A DNA stretch of 64,000 bases from Actinomycetes bacterium (GTDB lineage Bacteria > Actinomycetota > Acidimicrobiia > Acidimicrobiales > JAKAVM01): NCBI GenBank assembly GCA_021827485.1, contig JAKAVM010000101.1, forward strand, positions 2,766 through 66,765, written 5' to 3'. Within the stretch, counting starts at the first letter, position 1, and each line of letters starts with the position of its first letter. The notes beneath the pieces are model-generated. The model saw nothing but the letters and a program-made list of their open reading frames with translations. It was not told the DNA's origin and did no database searches. Both the position numbers and the translations under genes were made by a program. Below are positions 49,424-59,083 of this stretch, piece by piece.

Positions 49424-50803
49424 TCAATCAGGTGGAGCGATTAGCTGGATAGTTCGACGAGGGGTGACTGAGCGGCTTAGGTGTATAAGCTTCAATGGTG
49501 TAAATGTAAAATTAGCAGCAAGAAGTAGTCCTGACACGATAAGTAAAGCTCCACTAATAATAACTGCTGGGGTGTCGGAAAAGGCAAAACCGCAGCAAAT
49601 GGAAGCAATTGCAATCGTGATAGTCAAGAAAGTAATTGATGCTACGCGATGATTATAAAGGTCTGCAAAAAGCAGTTGTTTGCCAGAAGGAACTTTTTCG
49701 ATTCCCCTTTGGCGCATTGCCGACCACACAATAAACGGAACAACTTTTTGAACGTGTCCGACTAAAGCTTCGAGTAACCATCCAGCGAAGGCGCTTATCG
49801 ATGCGCCGACAAGTGCAACTCCAAGATGGTGGTTCTTGTCTATTGTTAGATATGCACTGAGTGCAAACCCAATCCCCACAACTAGCCACAGTGCTGAAGT
49901 AATTACAGAAACTGCGTAAAGATCAACCCTTCTATTTCTACCTCGAATATGTACTGACAAAGAATGTAGATGGGTGCTAAGTCCAATGACTATCAAGACA
50001 CTCCCAGCCCAAGCCAGAATTTGTTGACCAATAAGCAGACCCGGAGCTAATAAAGCCAGACCAATAGCAATTGCCCAAATCCCTAGCCGGACTAGCTGAG
50101 TTTTCTTCTCGTTATGGGCCAAGAAAAACATGGGCCAAAGTTTCTCGGCCACAGCTACATAGGTAAGCCCTAGCCAGCCGAAAAGACCAATTAGCGCGTG
50201 GGCGAGCACAATGTGTCCTGAAAGCGTAAACCAGTTAGCCTTACGATCACCAACGTACAAAACACCAAAGCATGCTGTTACGATAAAAGCGCTTACTGAG
50301 AGTCTAAGTCCGGTTACCGGGACACCCTTGCCTCTGACCGAAAGCGGTGGTATCAAATTGACGACAAGGCAAACAATTGCGACACTTGCAAGTGCGCCGC
50401 CGCACTCGACGACTAAAGGATGCTCAGTTCCAATGCCAAGTGGTAAGAGCCACGAAGCTCCAAGCCATGTAAGCAATGTGATTTTAGAAAGCACTAGAGA
50501 TCTAAGAGCTTTGCCGGTTACAACGGGAACAAACTGGTGCATTGCCCCCAAAACCCCCATTGAAAGTGTTGCCAACATGGCCAAGTGTGCGGCGCAAACA
50601 ACCCCGTCTTGGGTGGGGTCGGTAACGACAGCACTATGGGCGTTAACTAGTGCAACTCCACATCCAATCATTCCTGCACACCCAAGAGCAAAAAAGCTCA
50701 AGGGTAGCCAAGGAGGTGGAACTCCGGCAGGCATTCCAGTTGCGTTTGTCTTCTTCGAATTCATTTGTGCAATTGGTCGACTAGGGCTTGGTGAAGAACC
50801 CAC
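49424..50803 (-). CDS. Polytopic membrane protein (about 12 TM), function unknown
   Basis: Hydrophobic periodicity with several conserved-looking His. It overlaps the DUF488 gene by 43 bp, so its start is uncertain. Confidence 0.5.
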   Translation of the reverse strand: MGSSPSPSRPIAQMNSKKTNATGMPAGVPPPWLPLSFFALGCAGMIGCGVALVNAHSAVVTDPTQDGVVCAAHLAMLATLSMGVLGAMHQFVPVVTGKALRSLVLSKITLLTWLGASWLLPLGIGTEHPLVVECGGALASVAIVCLVVNLIPPLSVRGKGVPVTGLRLSVSAFIVTACFGVLYVGDRKANWFTLSGHIVLAHALIGLFGWLGLTYVAVAEKLWPMFFLAHNEKKTQLVRLGIWAIAIGLALLAPGLLIGQQILAWAGSVLIVIGLSTHLHSLSVHIRGRNRRVDLYAVSVITSALWLVVGIGFALSAYLTIDKNHHLGVALVGASISAFAGWLLEALVGHVQKVVPFIVWSAMRQRGIEKVPSGKQLLFADLYNHRVASITFLTITIAIASICCGFAFSDTPAVIISGALLIVSGLLLAANFTFTPLKLIHLSRSVTPRRTIQLIAPPD

Positions 50804-51135
50804 GCACTTGAGTGTGGAATATCTTTGCTGGCTGTAAGGAGGATCAATCTTTCCTTCCTCGCCTTGTCGATCAATAGCTCGACTTCGGCCTTTGCAGGCA
50901 AGGAGCTTAGTTCTGAAAGATATCTATCTTTGAACAATTCAAAGCGCTCTAATTCATGGCTATAGAACTTACGAAGTTCAGGTGTTGGTGCAATGTCTTT
51001 GGCCCACCTATCAAAACTAAGGGCTTCTTTCCGAATGCCACGAGGCCAAAGTCTATCTATCAGTACTCGATATTCGTTCTTGGCAGGTACAAGGTGATCA
51101 TAAACACGCACGATCTCCACCTGGGGTGCTCTCAT
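50761..51135 (-). CDS. DUF488-family protein
   Basis: VLIDRLWPRGIRKEALSFDRWAKDIAPTPELRKFYSH is the family signature as I recall it. Confidence 0.65.
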   Translation of the reverse strand: MRAPQVEIVRVYDHLVPAKNEYRVLIDRLWPRGIRKEALSFDRWAKDIAPTPELRKFYSHELERFELFKDRYLSELSSLPAKAEVELLIDKARKERLILLTASKDIPHSSAWVLHQALVDQLHK

Positions 51136-51186
51136 GGAGATAAATTTACCATGTCGGCCCCTGGCGCTTTCATAGGCATATCATTT

Positions 51187-51513
51187 TTATCTATCCGCAT
51201 TAATCATTGAAGGATCCCACGGTGGCTCCCACACTAGGTTTACCTCAACTTGGAGATCACCACCAACCCCATCTCGAACAGCTGCTTTTGCCATCAACGG
51301 AAGGCTTTCTGCCGCGGGGCACCCTATGGTTGTCAAAGTCATCTCAACTATAATTGCGTCATCGGTTGCATTTACTGAGTAAACTAACCCCAACGACACA
51401 ACGTCAATACCAAGCTCCGGATCAAACACAGTACGTAAAGCATCCCAGGCCTTGCCTTCTAATGTTCCGTTCTCTAAAGCGCCGTTCTCTGCTGGAGTTG
51501 GTCTACTATGCAC
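51187..51513 (-). CDS. DUF59/MIP18-family Fe-S assembly-related protein
   Basis: ALRTVFDPELGIDVVSLGLVY ... TLTTIGCPA. Confidence 0.75.
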   Translation of the reverse strand: MHSRPTPAENGALENGTLEGKAWDALRTVFDPELGIDVVSLGLVYSVNATDDAIIVEMTLTTIGCPAAESLPLMAKAAVRDGVGGDLQVEVNLVWEPPWDPSMINADR

Positions 51514-52228
51514 TGCGACAGATTCTTATTCGCCATCTCTCTGGCCCAGCTTCTATGGGGTCCCAGGTGAACTGTCCGGGAAGTTCAGCTTCGAATTGAT
51601 AACGAAGCGGTTTGGGATCATGATCATTTTGAAGTACAAATCCCTGTCCAGGAGCAAGGCCTCCAAAAGTTTCAAAGATCTTTTCGTGACGCTCACGCGG
51701 AGCAATTTGCGTAGCATCTAACACTTGCTCATTTGCACTCAGCCGCTCTAATACTTTATGCATGTTATCCAGCAACTCGGCAAGCCCAACTTCTGCATCG
51801 CTGTCGAGCCTAGGAAGAATCAACTCATTCTCCTTGGCAACGTGGTTTTCAAAAAGACTTGCAATCTCTTGAACGCTATCGCTAGTTATATCACTGGCAG
51901 ATAGTGATTCTAAAGTAGTTACGTGAGCAATCAAGACCTCGTGCTCTGCTTTCATCTGTGCAATAAGCTGGGTCAGATCGGGATAAATAAGTGCCCGAGC
52001 ATAAATTACTTCCTCTTCGGCATAGGCGTGGGGGATTATTTCAGCTCGAAAGTAGGCAGCAAAGTCACCAATGGACCTCCCTGCATCTTTACCATCTTTT
52101 TTCTCTAGAGTGATATTTTCTACTCTTGAGTTCACGCCTTGGACTAAGGCTTTGTGGTGCCCAATCATTGCATCAAATGCGCTACTTACTTGCTTGGTCA
52201 TAATGGACACCTCCAACTTGTAGGTCAA
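51506..52228 (-). CDS. Hemerythrin-like domain fused to a DUF2249-like domain
   Basis: HHK...HAYAEEE...EHEVL...NHVAKENE His/Glu ligand pattern, then a C-terminal RERHEKIFETF...FVLQNDHDPKPL. Confidence 0.6.
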   Translation of the reverse strand: MTYKLEVSIMTKQVSSAFDAMIGHHKALVQGVNSRVENITLEKKDGKDAGRSIGDFAAYFRAEIIPHAYAEEEVIYARALIYPDLTQLIAQMKAEHEVLIAHVTTLESLSASDITSDSVQEIASLFENHVAKENELILPRLDSDAEVGLAELLDNMHKVLERLSANEQVLDATQIAPRERHEKIFETFGGLAPGQGFVLQNDHDPKPLRYQFEAELPGQFTWDPIEAGPERWRIRICRSA

Positions 52229-52304
52229 CTTGGCCTGTTACTATATTTCTAGTCTAAACTAGAATAATTGTTAGTGCAAGTAGAAGATGATGCTTAAATA
52301 TGGG

Positions 52305-53324
52305 TTACTTAGCGGCCTTTAGTTGAGCTACAGTATTGTTCCAAATTTCGGAGTCAATGTTGTAGGGAGCATAGAAGCTAATACGATCAACCACTCCGCC
52401 AAACCTTTCAAGTAGGCTTTTAGCAATTTGATCGGGTTCGCACACAATTGCGAAGGCTTCCAAGATATCTTGGTCAATTAGCTCGCCCATCTTGACCCAT
52501 TCACCTTGTTTGGAAAGTATATTGAGGTCTTTTTGCAAATCTCCCCAGCCGTGAAGCTCTAGTACTCCTTTGTAGGCTGGCGTTGACCCATAAAAGGCGA
52601 TCTGGCTCTTGACCATTTGGGTAGCTGCCATGATCTCGCCTTCATTTTCTCCAGTAGCGACAAAAGCTGGATATGAAATAATAAAGTCATCTCGTGACTT
52701 GCCAGAAGCCTTGAGGCCTGCCTCTACGGCTGGCATTGTGATTTGCTTGAGATAGCGTTCAGTTGTAAAACCATGAACGAGAAGTCCATCGGCTACTTCA
52801 CCAGCAACTTGAGTCATCAACTCTCCAACGGCTGCTAATAGAACTTTCGGTGGTCCGTATGGATTTGGACCCGCAGAGAAGAAGGGTGTCATAAGAGTGT
52901 GAGTATAGAACTCTCCTCGAAATTCCAGTTTAGTACCATTATGCCAGCTATCCCAGATAGCTCGCATTGCGAGGATAAATTCGCGCATTCGTGGAGCTGG
53001 ATGAGACCAAGGCATGGAGAACCGCTTTTCGATATGGGCCTTGATTTGCGATCCGAGGCCAAGCATGAGTCGTCCCTTGGACATAAGTTGAATATCATTT
53101 GCAACTGACGCAAGATTCATCGGGCTACGAGCAAAAGCAACAGCAATCCCAGTACCAAGCATCATGTTCTCAGTGTGTTCAGCCGCGATAGCTAAAGGGA
53201 AAAATGGGTCATGTCCAGTTTCGGGTGACCATACTCCGTCATAACCTGCTAATTCGATATTTTTTGCTATTTTTCCAATCTGAGCTGGGTCAGGGTTGAA
53301 TCCAATTCCTCCGTCTACATACAT
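52305..53324 (-). CDS. Luciferase-like (LLM class) oxidoreductase, probably F420-dependent
   Basis: The LLM TIM-barrel pattern GLGSQIKAHIEKRFSMPW fits an actinobacterial context. Confidence 0.7.
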   Translation of the reverse strand: MYVDGGIGFNPDPAQIGKIAKNIELAGYDGVWSPETGHDPFFPLAIAAEHTENMMLGTGIAVAFARSPMNLASVANDIQLMSKGRLMLGLGSQIKAHIEKRFSMPWSHPAPRMREFILAMRAIWDSWHNGTKLEFRGEFYTHTLMTPFFSAGPNPYGPPKVLLAAVGELMTQVAGEVADGLLVHGFTTERYLKQITMPAVEAGLKASGKSRDDFIISYPAFVATGENEGEIMAATQMVKSQIAFYGSTPAYKGVLELHGWGDLQKDLNILSKQGEWVKMGELIDQDILEAFAIVCEPDQIAKSLLERFGGVVDRISFYAPYNIDSEIWNNTVAQLKAAK

Positions 53325-53524
53325 ATCCTAAAGCTAACCCAATTTCTTGCCTGTGTGCTATTTTCGGTCTAGTGAGCTGGTCGCGACATCCGTACGGATT
53401 GCCACCATCCGGTGTTGGCAAACAAATAGAATGTGACTTGTGACCACCATCAACCATACGTCCAAGAGCTACTGGCAAGGGACTTGCTCGCAGGTCCGAC
53501 GCCATATCATACGTCTGTGCTGGA

Positions 53525-54724
53525 ATGAACATCGAAAATTGTGGTGAACGGAGACACTGGCAAATGAAGAATGGAAGATGTCAGGGTGACGGAGAAATTA
53601 GCCCGACAAAGTCAAAAGCTCTTCGCGCTGTAAGTCTCTTTGCGGGTGCTGGCGGTCTTGATCTTGGGATTGAAGAGGCTGGCTATTCCATTTGTTACGC
53701 AGTCGAGCACGACTCCGTCGCCGTTGAAACACTCAATCGAAATCGACGATCGTGGTTTCCGAGCCTGCAAGAAGTTCGCCCATTGGACATCACGAAGCTT
53801 GATCCTCACCAAGTAATGGATGAAATAGGAGTAGTTCGAGGAGAGATTGACCTGTTGGTTGGTGGACCACCGTGCGTCGCGTTCTCAAAGTCTGGTTTTC
53901 ACCTTGAGTACAAACGACTTGGGAATGATCCGCAAGCAAGTCTCCTTGATGATTACCTTCGCTTTCTCGATGCGATGCGTCCCGCTGCATTCATGATGGA
54001 AAATGTCTTCGGACTCGCTTATCGTAATCAGTCGGCTCCATTCCTCGAAAAGTTACGCTCTGGAATCACACATCTGGGCTATTCATTTTCCTATGAAGTC
54101 CTAAATTCGGCAGACTATGGAGTACCTCAGAATCGCCAGCGCCTATTCCTATTGGGATCACGGAACGGAAATCCACTCGGTCATCCACTTCCTACACACT
54201 GGGGAGAACATGAGCGACGGAAGCCCCCGGCGAACGTCTCGGCACTTCTTCCTCATGTTACGACCCGACAAGCATTCAAAGGCCTACGTACTAAGGCCGA
54301 ACCAGGCGAAGAAGTGAATGGAAAATATGGGTATCTCCTACCTGCAATCCCACCGGGGGGAAATTACTTGTTTTACACAGACCATGAGGGACACCCAGAG
54401 CCTCTCTTCCAATGGCGATCTCGATATTGGACTTTCCTTCTCAAACTTGATCCCAAACGTCCTTCTCCAACATTGCAAGCACAGCCTGGTCCGTATGTTG
54501 GACCCTTTCATTGGCAAAATCGACGCCTTCGAGTTCCTGAGCTGAAGCGGCTTCATACATTCCCTGATGAGTACGAGTTTGCAGGAACTCGTCGAGAAAT
54601 CCAAGTTCAAATCGGAAACGCCGTTCCACCCCTAATTGGGAAGATAGTTGGAGAGGCAGTTCGGGATCAATTAATGGGAGTTTTTCTAGATAATGTTGCA
54701 AAGCCAGTTCCAACTGTCTCGTAG
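53525..54724 (+). CDS. dcm: DNA (cytosine-5)-methyltransferase
   Basis: Motif I LFAGAGGLDLG, motif IV GGPPCVAFS, motif VI ENV, motif VIII QNRQRLFLLG and motif X GNAVPP. Confidence 0.9.
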   Translation: MNIENCGERRHWQMKNGRCQGDGEISPTKSKALRAVSLFAGAGGLDLGIEEAGYSICYAVEHDSVAVETLNRNRRSWFPSLQEVRPLDITKLDPHQVMDEIGVVRGEIDLLVGGPPCVAFSKSGFHLEYKRLGNDPQASLLDDYLRFLDAMRPAAFMMENVFGLAYRNQSAPFLEKLRSGITHLGYSFSYEVLNSADYGVPQNRQRLFLLGSRNGNPLGHPLPTHWGEHERRKPPANVSALLPHVTTRQAFKGLRTKAEPGEEVNGKYGYLLPAIPPGGNYLFYTDHEGHPEPLFQWRSRYWTFLLKLDPKRPSPTLQAQPGPYVGPFHWQNRRLRVPELKRLHTFPDEYEFAGTRREIQVQIGNAVPPLIGKIVGEAVRDQLMGVFLDNVAKPVPTVS

Positions 54725-54754
54725 TTTTCCTAAGGCTTTAGCTTCGCCTCAGGG

Positions 54755-55900
54755 TTGTGGCAGGACGGGGGGATCTCACCGAGGATTGCCCTGTATAGAA
54801 GAACGCGGGCCGTGGGAGTAACTATGCGTGTGACCGAGTTGCACGAGAAGCTCGGAGAGGCGCGAGCGTGGGCGTTGGATCAAGACCGTGCCATTCCAGA
54901 CGAGTGGATGAACGCGGCTCAGGTTGTCACAGATAGTCCGACGAAAACGATAGTGCCAGCATACGCCACCGCACTGCTCGCAAAAGCAACCTATCCACGA
55001 GTAGATGCTCTTGCGATCAAGGAGAACCATTCCAGTTCTGCATTTTCTCTCAGAACGGTTGGGCATCAAGTTCTAGTTCCAGCGTCTCACGATGACGAAA
55101 ACCCATTTGACCTTATGGCTCGAGGTCCAGAACCGCTAAATAACCAGCCATTTTTTCGCTACAACCATTGGACAGAGATCCAAAGAATCAATGCGAGTGC
55201 TCGTCCATTTTTCGATTTTGCACTCGAGCGGCTCGCATACCTGAACTCACTGACTGAACCTCAGGCGTCATCGGAAGCACTTGCTGGCCTCGCAGCTTTT
55301 CTTAGGCAGCGCTTCGCTGCGGTGTCTGCGATACTCCCTGATTTGAGTGGGACTGCCCTCACGCTGACGAGTGCAGTTCAAATATGCGAATCGTTCTTGT
55401 CCGACGGCGATGATCGTCCCCTCCGAAGTCAAGCCGTTGTCGCAGCAATATATGACTTAGCGTACGGTCGAGAACATGTCGATTCACGAGGTCTCAATGA
55501 CCCGTCCCGACATGGCCCTGGCGATATACGAGTACTTGATGGCGAGAAGATTCTGGTAGCAGTGGAAGTGCGTGCAAAAGAAGTATCGGCTACAGATGCG
55601 AGAATCTTTGCCTCCGCTTGTCAGAGAGCTGATATCAGGCGCGCCCATATCGTTGCTCTCGGGCAGTATTCATTGCTAGATCGACGGGCCTTATCTAAAC
55701 GAAGCTCCCAACTCGGAGTTCTGGTAGTCGTTTTTGAATCTGTCATCGAACTGGTTACGACCTTGCTGGGTACTGTGCCGGTTCCTCTGTCAATGCTCCT
55801 GGACGATTTTCCTATCAGAGGAGCAGAACGTCTACTTGTAATGGGGGCGTCGCAAATGACGCTGGATCAATGGGCAACGTTGTGTGCACTCGAAGACTAG
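54755..55900 (+). CDS. Putative type II restriction endonuclease partner of the methyltransferase
   Basis: The call rests on position alone, directly downstream and co-oriented. The candidate PD-(D/E)xK-like segment ILVAVEVRAK is weak. The start is probably the internal MRVTEL. Confidence 0.35.
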   Translation: MWQDGGISPRIALYRRTRAVGVTMRVTELHEKLGEARAWALDQDRAIPDEWMNAAQVVTDSPTKTIVPAYATALLAKATYPRVDALAIKENHSSSAFSLRTVGHQVLVPASHDDENPFDLMARGPEPLNNQPFFRYNHWTEIQRINASARPFFDFALERLAYLNSLTEPQASSEALAGLAAFLRQRFAAVSAILPDLSGTALTLTSAVQICESFLSDGDDRPLRSQAVVAAIYDLAYGREHVDSRGLNDPSRHGPGDIRVLDGEKILVAVEVRAKEVSATDARIFASACQRADIRRAHIVALGQYSLLDRRALSKRSSQLGVLVVVFESVIELVTTLLGTVPVPLSMLLDDFPIRGAERLLVMGASQMTLDQWATLCALED

Positions 55901-55929
55901 GCACTGATTTGAAAATTGTCGTTGTGTAG

Positions 55930-56616
55930 ATGAGCAAATGGATTGAACCTCGGCCAATAGAGCGTCCCCAAGTATCTGGTGGTTCCAGGGCGCTGGCGGG
56001 AATAGGTGGCATATCGCTAATTGCCTTTTTTGCCTGCACCGAGATCTTGCCCTTTACGGCACATTTCCATGGCGTTGCCAAGAATGCAACTGCACATTTG
56101 GTGGTTGTGATGTTCGGCTCTAATTGGCATAACGCTTCAACGTTGCTATTTCTAATCCCCGCCATGGTATTTCTTGTTCTTGCTTGCTTACCATTTCGAG
56201 ACCGGGGGTTTCAACCGCTTTGCGCCTTGCTATGCCTAGTTGGAATGCTATTTTTCCCGTTATCCGAAATCCTGCCCAACCCAACCCACATTGGCTTTCT
56301 GTGGGGCCTTTTTGGATTTACCTGGATAGGGGCAAATTTATGGGTATGGGAGCGAGACTATCTGTTTGCATCTCTAGTAGGGCTGTTCTTGTGGGATCTA
56401 AGCGCTGGGGCACAGGGATTGGCCTATCACATGAAAGCCTTGGCTGAGCCATATGGTAATGCTATACATCCCCAAACGATTGTTATTATTGATTGCACGG
56501 CAATTTGCATTGTTGTCATCGCGTGGTTCTTAGGTCTTGATTTTGAGAAGCTTTGGTATAGGTTTGTACTTCCCAGATTTTCTAAGGCCAACAAGACCAA
56601 CAATGCCAGCGATTAG
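55930..56616 (+). CDS. Hypothetical membrane protein
   Basis: Five to six hydrophobic segments. The 3' end overlaps the convergent lnt by 87 bp, so the extent is uncertain. Confidence 0.35.
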   Translation: MSKWIEPRPIERPQVSGGSRALAGIGGISLIAFFACTEILPFTAHFHGVAKNATAHLVVVMFGSNWHNASTLLFLIPAMVFLVLACLPFRDRGFQPLCALLCLVGMLFFPLSEILPNPTHIGFLWGLFGFTWIGANLWVWERDYLFASLVGLFLWDLSAGAQGLAYHMKALAEPYGNAIHPQTIVIIDCTAICIVVIAWFLGLDFEKLWYRFVLPRFSKANKTNNASD

Positions 56617-58092
56617 CAAGACGATAACTGCACCATAAGGCACCCAATAGCCCCAACGTACAAAGAAATCAGTCGGATAGGTCAAGGGTAGGTTTACAAC
56701 AAATGCCCCTCGCTTGTTGGTTTGATACCAAGCCAGTTGTTTGCCACCGGCGTCGAATGCCGAAGTGATGCCGGTAAGAGCTACGTTTATAGCGGGTCTT
56801 TCATCTTCAACTGCTCGTACTGCCGCCAAGCTAGCCTGTTGGGCGGGTTCCCAACTTTGTTGAAAAGTTGAATCAGAAGTTTGATAGATGAGAATTTGGG
56901 CATCGAGTCCGGCTAGTTTGCGAGACATATCAGGAAAGGTCTCTTCGAAGCAGATCAGAGGACCAATTGGAGGCAGTCCCACTCCCAACTCCATAACTTT
57001 CAGAGATTTACCGCGCTTCCTATTGACGCCAGCGGCCTTGGAGATATCTGAAAGCCATCCCAGCTCATCTCGAAAAGGAATATACTCTCCAAAAGGTACC
57101 AAACGCATCTTCTCGTAGGTCGAGATAATACCGCTGGAATTGATTAGGGCAGCAGTCTTGTAAATACCAGCTTTAGTCTTGTAGGTACCTACCTTGCTAA
57201 CCATGTAAGCATCTTCGTTTACCAAGATGTCGGCTTTCATTTGGAGACTAAGCGCTTTTAGTTGATCTAGGCGGGCCTTGTCACTAGCCAAGTCATAGCT
57301 AACACTTGACTCTCCCCAGACGATCAGTTGCGGATGGTACTTGGCCACTGAAGCGCTTTCCTTGATCTCAGCCCTAAAACGGGCTGCTGGTCCGAGACCG
57401 GGGCCTGGTTGGACCATTGCGACCTTGAACCATCCGTTGGGCTTAGGGTCGCCACGAATAATCCCAAAGCTAAAACCAAAGACAGCTACAGCTACCGCCA
57501 ATCCAAGTGCAACAATTCGAGCAGATCGATTTGATTGGTGCGTTAGAGAAATTGCAATCGCGCTATTGATACCAACCAGTGCCAGACTAACAAGCCAAAC
57601 TCCTCCAAAGGAAGCCATGGATAGAAAGTTTCGATCATTGAATTGGCTTACCCCAAGTAGAGCCCAAGGGCCCCCAAGGCTGGACCAGGATCTGGCCAAC
57701 TCGGCTGTAAGCCAAGCGCAAGGGATTACAATGAATGCCTCTATGGTGCGCATCACGGTGAGAGGTTTGCTAAGAAATTCCCATACCAACCATCCCCATA
57801 AGATATATAACGCTCCGAGAGCAAAAGCCACAAGCAAAAGTGCCGGCCCAATATTGGGTATAGTCCAATAGATTGCCGTCATCGCATAGCCAGCTGCGGC
57901 CCACCATCCTCGAATGATCCCAGTTCTACGAGTAGGTGCCCGCCCTATCACCAAAGTCGCAGGCACGAGCGAGAAAAATGCCCACCACCATAGAGCTGGG
58001 GCCGGGAAGGCAAAAACAGAAAGGCCACCGCAAAGTAGTGCCCCGAGTCGCCACAACCATTCTAATCTTACGCGTCCAGCGACTTTGGACAA
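56530..58092 (-). CDS. lnt: Apolipoprotein N-acyltransferase
   Basis: N-terminal multi-TM region plus a CN-hydrolase domain (VWGESS, LICFEETFPD). Confidence 0.85.
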   Translation of the reverse strand: MSKVAGRVRLEWLWRLGALLCGGLSVFAFPAPALWWWAFFSLVPATLVIGRAPTRRTGIIRGWWAAAGYAMTAIYWTIPNIGPALLLVAFALGALYILWGWLVWEFLSKPLTVMRTIEAFIVIPCAWLTAELARSWSSLGGPWALLGVSQFNDRNFLSMASFGGVWLVSLALVGINSAIAISLTHQSNRSARIVALGLAVAVAVFGFSFGIIRGDPKPNGWFKVAMVQPGPGLGPAARFRAEIKESASVAKYHPQLIVWGESSVSYDLASDKARLDQLKALSLQMKADILVNEDAYMVSKVGTYKTKAGIYKTAALINSSGIISTYEKMRLVPFGEYIPFRDELGWLSDISKAAGVNRKRGKSLKVMELGVGLPPIGPLICFEETFPDMSRKLAGLDAQILIYQTSDSTFQQSWEPAQQASLAAVRAVEDERPAINVALTGITSAFDAGGKQLAWYQTNKRGAFVVNLPLTYPTDFFVRWGYWVPYGAVIVLLIAGIVGLVGLRKSGKYKPIPKLLKIKT

Positions 58093-58099
58093 TCGAAAG

Positions 58100-58993
58100 T
58101 TATTCGTCGGTCAGCTTAGATCGCTTCTTGAGAAAGCTTTCAAGTTCGGCGGCAATCTCATCTCCAGTTGGAAGGTTGCCAAACTGGAAGTCAGCATTTT
58201 CTTGAAAGCGGTCTTGCTCGGTGTCTACATGAAGCTCAAGCATCCGGACCATCTCTTTGTGCTCTTCGCTTTGCGATATAAGGTTATCGATCTTGTTACG
58301 CGTTTCTTCGGCCTGGTCGTGAAGCTCCTGAGAACTAAGTGCTATTCCAGTGAGTTTGGATAACCCATCTACCAGGGCAGCACTGGCAGGCGGATAGCTC
58401 ATTGCTGCAACGTAGTGTGGAACACGCGCCCATAGGCCTATTGCCGGAATTCCCCTGGCATCAAAAGTTCTCTCTAGCACTGATTCAATCCCAGCTGGAA
58501 CTTCGATTGTTCCGGTAAGATACCCAACTTGATCGGCAAGTGAAGCTGAAGTTGCGGTACATGTAAGCTTTACCGGTCTGGTATGAGGAGCTGGGGCCGG
58601 AAATGCACCAAGACCCACAACCATGCGAGTTCCCATATCTGTTGCCAAGTCACCCACCGCTTCAGTGAAGGCATTCCAGCGGAAATCAGGTTCTGGCCCA
58701 ACTAAGAAAGCGATGTCATTTCCATTATTGGTCCGCGCAAGGCGCAATTCGATCTGAGGCCATTCAATAGACATATTCACGCCGTCAGTTATTTGCAAGG
58801 TTGGCCTTCGAGAACGATGATCGAGAAAATCGTCAGTATCAAAACTGACGATAACCTCATTAGGTAACTGTCCAAGCACTGTTCGCAGCGCCATTTGAGC
58901 AGCGTATCCAGAGTCAATCCAGCCATCCATACAGACGACAAGTACGGGTTCACTGGGCTTAGTGTTTCTATGAACCCAATAAAGTGGTGGCAT
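58100..58993 (-). CDS. PAC2 (proteasome assembly chaperone 2-like) family protein
   Basis: VVCMDGWIDSGYAAQ and the overall actinobacterial PAC2 layout. Confidence 0.7.
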   Translation of the reverse strand: MPPLYWVHRNTKPSEPVLVVCMDGWIDSGYAAQMALRTVLGQLPNEVIVSFDTDDFLDHRSRRPTLQITDGVNMSIEWPQIELRLARTNNGNDIAFLVGPEPDFRWNAFTEAVGDLATDMGTRMVVGLGAFPAPAPHTRPVKLTCTATSASLADQVGYLTGTIEVPAGIESVLERTFDARGIPAIGLWARVPHYVAAMSYPPASAALVDGLSKLTGIALSSQELHDQAEETRNKIDNLISQSEEHKEMVRMLELHVDTEQDRFQENADFQFGNLPTGDEIAAELESFLKKRSKLTDE

Positions 58994-59083
58994 AAATTAT
59001 ATTTTCTCACACTTTAGCTCCAATCACCACTAGGTAATTACCCTTTGGTAGTAGTTGAGCTAATCAAATCTCAATTCTATTCG

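Noticed and set aside
56530-56616. 87-bp overlap of convergent ORFs (membrane protein 55930-56616 and lnt)
   Set aside because: This most likely reflects an over-extended or spurious 3' end of the weakly supported 55930-56616 ORF, not a functional antisense overlap.
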